Below the pieces are notes generated by a model. It had not been told where the DNA came from. It ran no database searches and saw only the letters and a program-made list of their open reading frames with translations. Source: a virus. Taken from it: DNA of 64,000 nucleotides. A program made the position numbers and the translations under genes. Shown here in pieces: positions 28,369-37,492 of the stretch (positions are counted from its first letter, which is position 1; the number at the start of each line of letters is the position of its first letter). The stretch is taken from the IMG/VR virus record IMGVR_UViG_3300037247_000703, positions 1 through 64,000 of that record; one strand, 5' to 3'.

Positions 28369-31300
28369 GCGGACCTCAACGGATCGAGATAGTCGGTAAC
28401 GACCGAAGGCGCGGCACCCTTGCCTTCGAGCCAGTCGAGCACCTCGAAGCACTGTTCGTCAGTGAAGTCTTCGACGCGAAGGCGCGGTGTGGTCGCGATC
28501 TTCATCAGGTCGATATCCTTCATCAGCTCGTCCATGCGCGGCGACGTCGCCATCGCTAGGCGCAGCCTGTCTCGATCGATCACAGTTGCCTCTTGTCTAC
28601 GAAATATGGATCGCTCCACGCTGGATCCGAGAAACTGCGCGCCCACAGAATCACGCCGTCGTCCGACGTCATTACCATTGCCACAGGCGGATGCTCGATT
28701 GCTGTACGAAAACCAATCGCGCCGAGCACAGACCAGAACGCATCCCATCGCCAGCGGGCGTAGATGCGCTCGAACTGGGCGATGTCGACGATGGTCAATC
28801 GATGCTCGACGATCATGCTTGGCATCAGCCGGCTCGGGGCGGACTGCAGCGCTGCATTTCTTTCAATCGGCGCATCCGATCGCGGATCAGCTTGTCGAGA
28901 ATCTCTTGCGTGACGACGACGACATCCGGCTGACCGTCTTGCCATTCCTGATAGGCGAGCCACAGTGCCGCCCCATCCTTGCCGCGTGCGGCCATCCCGT
29001 CATAGTCTTTGAGCGGGTATTTCTCGTCATCCCACGCGCGTTCGACCATCGTGCGTTTGAACTCCAGCATCCGAGCCTTCGTGCAGTCGATGAACATGCG
29101 CGAGCCGACTTCGGGAACGTGCAGTGTGCTGCGGGTGTCGTCTTGCCAGTTGACGTGTTGCATTTCGACGCCGTCAACCGAGCCCAGACAAAACGGGGTC
29201 ACGCCGTCGCGACTATTCCAGAGCACTTCTTTCGTCTTGCCGTCATCCGATGCGTAGTTCATCAGGCAGAACGCTTCGCCGTGCAGATATTTGCCGTCGT
29301 GCAGTTTCATCGTCGAACCTCCAACTCTCCGTAGAAGTGAACCTCGGCGCCGCCGCCGACGGGGCGACAGACCACGCTCTCGCCATCGTGCGCGACAACT
29401 TCAAGCCGCTCGGGGAATATGTCGCGCTCGGGATAGATGAACAACTCCCAGCCGGCACCCGGCGTGATGACCGTTCCAATCGATGCTTCCTTGAGCTTCA
29501 TGATTTTTCTCCGGGGTGGGTCAGGCGATCGGGGCGATAGTAGATCGCGTAACGTCTCAGATGGAACGCGAGAGACAGCGCGTGGATGATTCGAATCAGC
29601 GCTTCGAGATCCCAATACGGATCGCTGGGCTCAGGCGTGCCCATGGGAACGCCCGCGCGGCAATCGATGCACTCCATCCGACCGGCGATGACACCGCTGT
29701 GTCGGCACACCGGGATGATCGGACCATCGGCCAGCAAAACGGCGATGCACTGGAAGCCCCACTGATTCATCGCCGGCTCGGTCATCAGAAATCCTGTGAT
29801 CCGCCCGACGATCTCTCCGACGTTAGCTCGTGGTCTTCGAGCCAGCAGTCGAGATCCTCCGGGGTGCGCACGTAGTAATCGAATTCAGCGACCAGCGATT
29901 CGAAATACTCATCATAGAAGTAATCATCGAATGGGAATTCGAGTTGCTCCATCAGTCGCCCTCGGGCTGCGGGCGCATGACATGGATGACACAATCGATG
30001 CAGGCGAGCCCGCCGCTGTCGGTGGCGAGCTTCTCGATCAACTCGACGCCGCTCACCGATAACCGATCACAAACCGCGCGACCGTTTTCGATCCAGTGCC
30101 AGACCGGATCGGCCTGATACCACCCGCGACCTTCGTCGGCGATGAGCCAGCCGGCCGCCTTCGCGAGATCCTCCCATTGGGTATCAGTCTCAGCCGCCTC
30201 GATGATGTCGTTGCGCAGCGGTTCAAGCGCGCCTTCCAGAACCGCCACCCGCTCCTTGGCGGTGTCGGCGTCGTCTCGGAATTTGCCGAGGAAGTGTCGT
30301 TCGCCTAGAAGCTGTTGGTGGGATTTTTCTGCGGCGGCTTTCCAAAAGTTCCGCTGTTCCAATGCTACATCCCGCTCCCATTTCAGTTCTTTCGCGATGT
30401 CGATATCAGGGGCTCCGTCTTGCTGGCACTCTTCCCCGGGCTCAAGCCAGTGCATCCCGCGACCGTCCTGATCGGCGTGGGCGCAGAGTCGTCGTTTCTC
30501 GTCGGCCATCAGTCGCCGCCCTGCCCGACAACGGCTTCCGCGAGCATCTCGGAGCGCGAACGCCATCGACGGTCGACGAATACAAGCTCGCCGTCGTTGT
30601 ACGCATCGAGCAGATAGCGCTCCATCAATCGAACGAGCTTCTGAGCGAAACGTTCTTCAACCTTCTCGTTGTTGTGATCGCGCTTCCATTTCAGGATCAA
30701 CGATTCGAGCGAACCGCGCGTTCGCTTGGGTAGCTCACCAAATCTTTCTGTAGGGCCACCACGATCTAGAATCGGCCTTGCGATGACGTGAAGCTGATCG
30801 TCGTTCCAACCAAACGTTGCGATGAGCTTGATCGGATCGGTATCGTCTTGCAGACTGATATCGCGTTCGGCCATCAGATCCCTCCTTGCTTCTCGACAGC
30901 GGCGCGCGCACGCCTGAGAGTGTTGCCGTAGACTTGGCTTTGACTATTGAAGATGGCGTTGTCGATCGCTTGCAGGAGATGCTCTCTCTCGATGGCGTCT
31001 ACCTCGAACGTCACCGCCTTCACCTTCTCGCGCAACGCGCGCACCGCTACTTCGTCCGGGTGGAATGCAAAGTACGGAACTCTGAAATGCCAATAGTCCG
31101 TAACCGCAGTCTCGACATGCCATCGCTGCGCATCGGTGAAGACGACGCGAGTTTTCTTCTTCGGAGCCTTGTCGATGGTCGTCGGTTCCGTCTTCATCAC
31201 TGCGCCTCGCCGGCCGCTTGCGACATCGGCTTCCGATCCGGGTAGGCAACCGTCGTGCCGGTGCCGTCAGGAAAGCACCGAAACGAACCGTTCTTGTGAA

Positions 31301-31384
31301 GCCAATCGTCGCCGGCTTCGTCTTCGATCGGCCAAACCGGTCGCCCGCAGTTGACGCAGTGATAGCTCGCCATCGTCGAGGCTC

Positions 31385-33430
31385 CTAGAACTCGGGGTCG
31401 GAATCACGCGCGCTGTCGATATGCGCTTGAGACGCGACCGCGCGCGGCGAACCGTCACCACGGTCGCGACTGCAATCGAACTTGTCGCCATCCCAATCAG
31501 GCAAACCGCTCGCACGCGGCGTCGACAAGTCATCGCCGTTGCGCTCTGGATCCGACTTGGCGCGCCATCGGCCGACGTCGCATGACCAGCATTTGTCACG
31601 GCTCGTCGAGTTGTCGACGCCACAGCGGCAGGTCCATGCGTGAACCAATACCGATGCGGCAACCTCGGGGCCGTAGGGCTTGCCGGCCGCCTTGTCGTCG
31701 CCGCACTTCCAACAGGAGCCGGACGTGACCTGATTGCCGGCGCCGCAATTACAGCGCCACGCCTTGTACTTGACGTCGCCTTCGGTGCCGTACGCGACGA
31801 TGGCCTTGGCGTCGATGCCGCATGACCAGCAAGCCGACCGATCAACCGAGTTCGTCTTCCCGCAGCGACCGCAGTCCCATGCTGGCGGTTTGGAGTCGCT
31901 GGGATTCGGCAACGGATCGCCATCGGCAGGTCTCGACGCAGTGACGCCGTTAAGCGAGCTACCGTACCTCGCTTCAACCCCCGCAGTCGTCATGCCTTCG
32001 ACTACCGTTGGTCGAGGCGAGCCGCAGTTGGTGCAGATCGTGCGCAGCTCGGAGCTTGCCGACGTGATCCAGTTGCATTGCATCGAATCGCAGCCGGGGC
32101 ACTTCCAATCATCGGCAGACGTCTCGGAAAACAGAGTCGGCGCGTCTGGCTTCGCGGTCGTGCAACGCCAACAGTTTGTGACGTCCGCGCGATTGACCGC
32201 GCCGCACGTCGTTCGATCGGTCACCCTACGCTGAATGCAGCGCCACTTGTCGCCCTCGCGATACTCGCGCGTACGACCGGCTTCGTGTACCGCCTCGGCA
32301 ACCATGGGGCCCACATCCGTCAATTGAGCCCCGGCAGCGGCGGCGGCGTGTGTGGCCGCGTAGGCCACTGCCTGCGGGTCACCGCCATAGGCTGCGATAC
32401 GCCGCGCCTCGGCCGCAGCGGCGAGCGCGCGACCGGCGAGCGTCTTGCCGGCGCCCAGCATGCCCAGCATCGCCGTGTTCGTCTCTTGGCACAACTCGGG
32501 CAGCGGCGGATAGACGCCATCAGCCGGCGGAGGTGGCACGTAGACGCCGATGCCATCGCCGGGTTTACGTGCCGGTCGCTCTGTTTCGCAGTGCCAACAG
32601 CGCAGGCCGTCGGCGATATTCATGATGCCACACTCGGGGCACTCCCAGTCAGCGCCTCTCGCGCGGGCCGCCGCAGGCGTCGGAATCGGGCCGCCGATCA
32701 GTGTCCGCATCCGTTCCGCGAACGCCATAACTCCGCGCTCGACGGCTGCCGCGTTGTCGCGAGTGAGTCGCCGTAACGACGCGTTTGGGATCAGCACGCG
32801 CAGATCGTCGAGATGGCTCGCGCTTCGGGTATAGACGAGAAGGCCGCCGGGCAGCTTGCTTCGAAGCGCGACCGCTACGCGTGCCCATTCGCCCGACTCT
32901 TCCGGGGGGCTGTCTGGTACCTCTGCCGGGGAGTCTTCGGTCTTCGCGCTGGCTCTCTCGACGAAGCCAAGCGCCATGCGGATCTTTCCGCCCAACGCCT
33001 TGAGCCGTTCGCGATCAAGATGGCGCGGCAGCAACAATCGGCCAATGCGCTCGACGAAGTCAGCGTCAGACTTGTTGAGCAGTACGACGCCATTGAAGAT
33101 CGCGTTCGCTTCATCGATCCGCTTGAGGTACTCGACCATGCGGCGCAGTCGCGGTCGATCCTTGTACCAGCTCGGGCGGTCCGACAGCCGGGTCAGGAAC
33201 TCGACATCGGTTTCGTCGGGCTTGATGTGGCCGCGCGCTTTTTTCTCTTGCAGCGCTTGCTCGTTGTCGTCGAACAGACTGGCGATGCGCCGAAGTCGAT
33301 CGCGATCGATGTCAATTGGAAGCGAAGTTCGGGTCGAGAGCCGCAACAAGAAGGCGCTCACCTTCTCGGAGCCGTCCTGCGGATCTAGCTCATTTCGCAA
33401 CTCGGTTTCGAAATCGGTTTTGTCCGACAA
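31385..33430 (-). CDS. Protein with about six RanBP2-type zinc fingers
   Basis: Repeated W-x-C-x(1-2)-C-x3-N-x6-C-x2-C (e.g. WDCGRCGKTNSVDRSACWSC); AGGAGG RBS before TTG. Confidence 0.8.
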   Translation of the reverse strand: MSDKTDFETELRNELDPQDGSEKVSAFLLRLSTRTSLPIDIDRDRLRRIASLFDDNEQALQEKKARGHIKPDETDVEFLTRLSDRPSWYKDRPRLRRMVEYLKRIDEANAIFNGVVLLNKSDADFVERIGRLLLPRHLDRERLKALGGKIRMALGFVERASAKTEDSPAEVPDSPPEESGEWARVAVALRSKLPGGLLVYTRSASHLDDLRVLIPNASLRRLTRDNAAAVERGVMAFAERMRTLIGGPIPTPAAARARGADWECPECGIMNIADGLRCWHCETERPARKPGDGIGVYVPPPPADGVYPPLPELCQETNTAMLGMLGAGKTLAGRALAAAAEARRIAAYGGDPQAVAYAATHAAAAAGAQLTDVGPMVAEAVHEAGRTREYREGDKWRCIQRRVTDRTTCGAVNRADVTNCWRCTTAKPDAPTLFSETSADDWKCPGCDSMQCNWITSASSELRTICTNCGSPRPTVVEGMTTAGVEARYGSSLNGVTASRPADGDPLPNPSDSKPPAWDCGRCGKTNSVDRSACWSCGIDAKAIVAYGTEGDVKYKAWRCNCGAGNQVTSGSCWKCGDDKAAGKPYGPEVAASVLVHAWTCRCGVDNSTSRDKCWSCDVGRWRAKSDPERNGDDLSTPRASGLPDWDGDKFDCSRDRGDGSPRAVASQAHIDSARDSDPEF

Positions 33431-33654
33431 GGTTGCCTCCTGAATGTCGAGCCCCGTCGCAGAGTGTAGCCGCGACCTCCGACTCTAGTGTTTAGTAGCA
33501 CAGTCGGACGCTCGGGCGAAAGCACGAAATCGAGTTTTTTTGTGTTTGGCCCGGGAGTGCCGTGCTACACTTCGTTTGGGACTGAACCGCCGGCTCTGGC
33601 GCCCTCCTTGACGCCCTGTGCTCCCCAGCATGGGGCGTTCTCTTTGAAAAAAGA

Positions 33655-33738
33655 AGGAGAGGACAGGGATCGAACCTGCGTAGCCTTTCGACTGCCTCCG
33701 GGACTGAACCGGGCCCATTACCTCTCTGGCACCTCTCC
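33655..33738 (-). tRNA. Class II tRNA-like gene: Ser-like body, anticodon CAG, U37, U73, no encoded CCA
   Basis: GGAGAGG/CCTCTCC acceptor stem; D arm CCA-GAGAGGTAA-TGG; anticodon arm CCCGG-TTCAGTC-CCGGA; 17-nt variable arm with GAAA loop; T arm GCAGG-TTCGATC-CCTGT. Confidence 0.8.
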
Positions 33739-33746
33739 TATTTCTA

Positions 33747-33775
33747 AGCATGCCATCGTGGCCCCGAGAAGTCAA
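33747..33775 (-). promoter_or_regulatory. Promoter of the tRNA-like gene
   Basis: TTGACT, 17 nt, CATGCT, 8 nt before the tRNA 5' end; T/A tracts upstream. Confidence 0.6.
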
Positions 33776-33830
33776 CAAAAAAGAACGCACAATCGTCTTT
33801 TTCTGCTAACCACGCAAAACGGTTGGACGC

Positions 33831-33862
33831 AAAACGGGTGCCTGACCGACGCCAGGCACCCG
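33831..33862 (-). terminator. Intrinsic terminator
   Basis: 10-bp stem CGGGTGCCTG/CAGGCACCCG followed by TTTT on the minus strand, downstream of 33901..34275. Confidence 0.6.
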
Positions 33863-33900
33863 CTCGTTTGGGAAAGCCGCTCAGCCGGTGAGCTAAACGG

Positions 33901-34275
33901 CTAGGACGAAATTCCGACCGCACCGTCGGCGAAGTCGTCGGCACGTCGGCCGTCGTCGTTCCTGTAGTGGATCATGGCCAGGTTCGTCTGCATGCCTGTG
34001 GCGTCGATTCGTATCGATAGGCGAGCAGTCAGCACGATCTCGTGCCGGTCGATCAGGTACACGTCGGCGATCGGACGCTCCGATACGTCGAGGATATCGG
34101 CGGTCGTGACGTCGATCGGGATGGCCCAATCGAAGACGGCCGTCGTCACACTCGGCGAATCGACCGCGCGAGCCTCCGTGATGGTCGGCGAGTCATAGTC
34201 GTATGCCTGCGCAGATCGATCGGCGCCCAGCGTCACCGCTAGGCCCAACAGCAGTAGCAGCAAAATTCGATGCAT
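33901..34275 (-). CDS. Secreted hypothetical protein
   Basis: Signal peptide MHRILLLLLLGLAVTLGA..AQA; GGAGG RBS. Confidence 0.65.
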   Translation of the reverse strand: MHRILLLLLLGLAVTLGADRSAQAYDYDSPTITEARAVDSPSVTTAVFDWAIPIDVTTADILDVSERPIADVYLIDRHEIVLTARLSIRIDATGMQTNLAMIHYRNDDGRRADDFADGAVGISS

Positions 34276-34642
34276 CGAAATTCCTCCCTGAATGGCCTTT
34301 GGCCGTTGTGATTTCAGACCATACAGCCGGCCTCCGACAGTTCACCCCTTGGCGGGGCAGCATGGCCCGGTTACAGTGTCGCTGCGCGGACGGTGATGCA
34401 CAAGACAGGCTTAGACCGAGCCCCGCCCGGTTGAAGCCGTCGCAAGGCTGGGTAACGGCATCACTGTCCGCGTTTTTTCTGACCGAGATTTTTTTCCGGT
34501 TCGCTCGGGTCGTCGTCGACTGACCTGAAACCGCCATAACAGCAGTCATCGTCGCCGCAGTGGTAGTGGTCGCACTTCGGACATTCGTTCGGCCATCCGT
34601 CGTAGTCGAATTCGTGCTCGCAGTTGGTGCATCGGAACCGAG

Positions 34643-34882
34643 TCACAATTGTTCTCCCACTCCAACCAAAATATTTAGGCCGGCTTCGGTCACCGACACC
34701 ATCACCCGATTCCGAGCCCCACGCGACCTGACGGCATAGCCGGCCTTCGCAAGCGAGAAGGTGCACTTGTCGGCCACCCTGCGCGAAAGCCCGGCTAGCC
34801 CGGCCACGACGTCGACCGTCCGCGGTTCGTAGTCGAGAGCGCTGAGCGCCTTGCGCTGGTTTCGGCCTAGCTGCTTTCTCAC
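34643..34882 (-). CDS. Small winged-helix protein
   Basis: PRTVDVVAGLAGLSRRVADKCTFSLAKAGY...VSVTEAG. Confidence 0.55.
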   Translation of the reverse strand: MRKQLGRNQRKALSALDYEPRTVDVVAGLAGLSRRVADKCTFSLAKAGYAVRSRGARNRVMVSVTEAGLNILVGVGEQL

Positions 34883-35402
34883 TTGGGATTGGTCTCCGGC
34901 TGGAGTTAGTATGACAAGGTTAACACAAAGTGACGCCTGTGGCGTCCTTTAGTGTTAGTATCCGAAATCACGGCCACATGTCGAGAGCCATGGTAGGAAG
35001 GCTGACTGTAACCCAAAGTTCACGGCCGATCGAGGCCACCCCCACCTACACGGCCCCACCCCCACCTACCCTAGAATCGAAGGGGGGTCTTCTCTGCACG
35101 CAACCGAAACGCACCGGCCGCCCTTCGATCGGTGACGAGCTTGTTGCGATCGTCAAGCTGCTCGAACTGGGCAACGGTCGACGGCCAGAGACGAACGCAT
35201 CGAGCCCCACTCCCACCCAGGGCATGGGGCCGCCGGCAGCGTCGAAGCGAATGCGGCAGTAGCGTTCCCCGTTCCGTCTCGATGCCGCGGTCTGATCTCG
35301 CTGCGTTGCCAGCAACCAAGACCGGCCGAACTGCCGAGTTACTACAGAAGCGGCAGAGCGCTGTCACGGTTCGAGCGATCGATCCGTTAGTACCGAGCGG
35401 GG

Positions 35403-35993
35403 TCAACCCACCATGCGTGACTCGTCAACGAGTACGCCCGCCAAGGCCGCGTCGACCTCATCTCGCTTCTCTCGGATCTTGCTGTGCGTGCGTTGCAGGT
35501 CGTCAAGCGTGAGCCCGTTCTCGCCGTCCTTACCGAGTGCGCCCTGCTGCTCGATGTATGTCTTCAGGCGGATGGCGATGTTGAAGTCGCTGAGGCTGTC
35601 GACCTTCACCATATCCTTTTCGAGCAGCGCCTTAAATTTCAGCAGCCACGAGTCGAGAATCGCAGCACCCTCAGCTAACGATAAGGCTCGGGACTTTGCG
35701 ACTTCTTCTGCAACGAACTTCGAAGCCTGTCTTTCCCAGGTCTCTCGCTTAAACTTCCAGTTGCGCTTCTTCGAATGGTATGCGACGAGCGATGCCTTGC
35801 AATTCACACGTCGAGCGACGTCGCTATAGTTCGGCTTGCGTCGAACAAGATCGCCTCGCTTGCTCTTCTCTTCGACGATCTCGCCTTGGATGTAATACGT
35901 TTCGGCAAGTTCCCAGTCGACATCGACCCTTGCGTACTTGCCGGGATGATTGCGTCGAACGCCTTTGGGCTTAGGAACCAACCTCTCGCTCAT
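35403..35993 (-). CDS. HTH protein, putative small terminase subunit
   Basis: DWELAETYYIQG...YSDVARRVNC...W..KR followed by a helical oligomerisation-like region. Confidence 0.5.
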   Translation of the reverse strand: MSERLVPKPKGVRRNHPGKYARVDVDWELAETYYIQGEIVEEKSKRGDLVRRKPNYSDVARRVNCKASLVAYHSKKRNWKFKRETWERQASKFVAEEVAKSRALSLAEGAAILDSWLLKFKALLEKDMVKVDSLSDFNIAIRLKTYIEQQGALGKDGENGLTLDDLQRTHSKIREKRDEVDAALAGVLVDESRMVG

Positions 35994-36279
35994 GTCAACG
36001 ACAGTCTACATCGAACTATCGATGAAATCACCCATCGGGCTCTCGCCCATATGGGAAGAGTCAACGACGCCATAGATCATCGACGACTAGCTCACCCCTG
36101 GCAACCTTGAGAGCAGCACTGCGGACACACAGCTTGCAGGGCTGCTCGGTGCCGTTCATGTCTCGCGAGTGCGACAGTGGGAGAGAGTCGCACAACGACC
36201 ACAGGCCATTGTCGAACGAGAAGATGTGGACCTTGACGATCTTGTTGCGTCCTTTGCTCGCTCTCCAGAAGCCCTGCAT

Positions 36280-36663
36280 TCAGTCAGCGCTCTCGTGGAA
36301 GTTGCAATCGCTGATCACAGCGAACCATCCCTCGCGGAACATTTCCGCGGTGTGCCTTCCCATCTCGCAAACCTCGACATGCTCGCAACCGATGCACAGG
36401 TGTTGCTCGGTATAGCGTCGAACCATCTCACCTCGGCCCTCGGCCTGCGATGGTCTGCCATCGTCTTCAGGCTCGGGGCCTTCCTCCTGTAGATCCGATG
36501 GGGATTGTGTTTCGGTTTCCGATTCCGATGGGGGCACGGATAAAGAGTTCACGTCTTCGATCTTCTGCGAAACGAAGATGTGTCGCACATCGTGATCGTC
36601 CTTTGTCCGTCCACAGCAACCGCACGTCTCCACGATAAGTGGTGGCTTCCCGAGTCCCATCAC
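36280..36663 (-). CDS. Cys-rich hypothetical protein
   Basis: Coupled to ruvC; CGCC and CIGCEH motifs. Confidence 0.55.
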   Translation of the reverse strand: MMGLGKPPLIVETCGCCGRTKDDHDVRHIFVSQKIEDVNSLSVPPSESETETQSPSDLQEEGPEPEDDGRPSQAEGRGEMVRRYTEQHLCIGCEHVEVCEMGRHTAEMFREGWFAVISDCNFHESAD

Positions 36664-37205
36664 GACACTCCCTTCAGCATGACGAAAACTTCAGAGTTCT
36701 TACAAACCTCTATGGCGATCATCGCGTCGTAGGCGTGCTCGCGCTTCGACTTCACGGTCACAGATTCGATCAACGTCGCCATCACCGGATAGCGATCGGT
36801 GATCTCTTCGTGCAATTCCCTGTCCGTGCTGTTCACCTTTCCGCAGAGCTTCTTCTTCAGCATGTTCGGGCTTATTTGAACCATCGGGATTTCCAGCTCG
36901 CTACAGATGCTCGCCAAGACTCCCCAGGCGAACCCGAGCATTCTGATCGTCTTCGCATTGCGTGGCGACGACATGCCTTCGGCGCAGATCAGCTTCACAT
37001 CGTTGCGGTGAACCAGAGCCATCAAGGCTGCATGCAGTTCCTTGGTTCGACGGAACTCATCATCAGGTGCGAGCACCTTGTTTCGACGGTGCGATTTTTC
37101 GGTCAACACGACTCCCACGCACAGGGGGTCGATCCTTTGACCCACAACGCTGGCAAGAGTCCATCCAAAGTTTGCATAACCGGGGTCGACGCCGAGAACG
37201 TTCAT
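36660..37205 (-). CDS. ruvC: Holliday junction resolvase
   Basis: VLGVDPG, CAEG, SPNMLKK, EHAYDAMIA motifs. Confidence 0.85.
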   Translation of the reverse strand: MNVLGVDPGYANFGWTLASVVGQRIDPLCVGVVLTEKSHRRNKVLAPDDEFRRTKELHAALMALVHRNDVKLICAEGMSSPRNAKTIRMLGFAWGVLASICSELEIPMVQISPNMLKKKLCGKVNSTDRELHEEITDRYPVMATLIESVTVKSKREHAYDAMIAIEVCKNSEVFVMLKGVS

Positions 37206-37492
37206 GCGTGTCGTCTCACCTGTTGACGTAGGCGCTTGAGCACCCGCGGATTGTTCAGGATGTAGCGCTTGATATCGGTCGGCATTCGACCGGCGAGTCG
37301 CATCAGTTCGTCAGCGTTCATACCGAGTGCAGACGCGAGCGACAGAATCAGCGACTCCGAAGGCGTACATTCGATCGATTCCGTCTCGACTCGCGACAGG
37401 TACGCGGGCGAGATATTGATTCGCTCTGCCAACTCGCGAAGGCCATAGCCAGCTTCCTCGCGAGCACTTCTCACTGTCGTTCCGAACGTCAT
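37202..37492 (-). CDS. XRE-family HTH regulator
   Basis: AREEAGYGLRELAERINISPAYLSRVE. Confidence 0.9.
   Translation of the reverse strand: MTFGTTVRSAREEAGYGLRELAERINISPAYLSRVETESIECTPSESLILSLASALGMNADELMRLAGRMPTDIKRYILNNPRVLKRLRQQVRRHA

Larger units (their letters stand above)
21138..31200 (-). other. Array of about 30 short, overlapping hypothetical phage genes (e.g. 21383..21841, 22073..22429, 22872..23426, 23658..24098, 26594..27397, 27398..27659, 28825..29310, 29952..30509, 30509..30874, 30874..31197)
   Basis: ATGA/TGATG-coupled ORFs with GGAG RBSs; many Cys/His-rich; no recognisable enzymes. Confidence 0.7.

Noticed and set aside
33700-33712. Reading the tRNA as a UCA (Sec/opal suppressor) anticodon
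   Set aside because: Centring TCA breaks the anticodon stem; the best pairing centres CAG, and the 7/5 fold is not tRNA-Sec-like
34330-34400. Cobalamin riboswitch (ACTGTAA and GCCCCGCC fragments on the minus strand)
   Set aside because: Elements are in the wrong order and no B12 box is present
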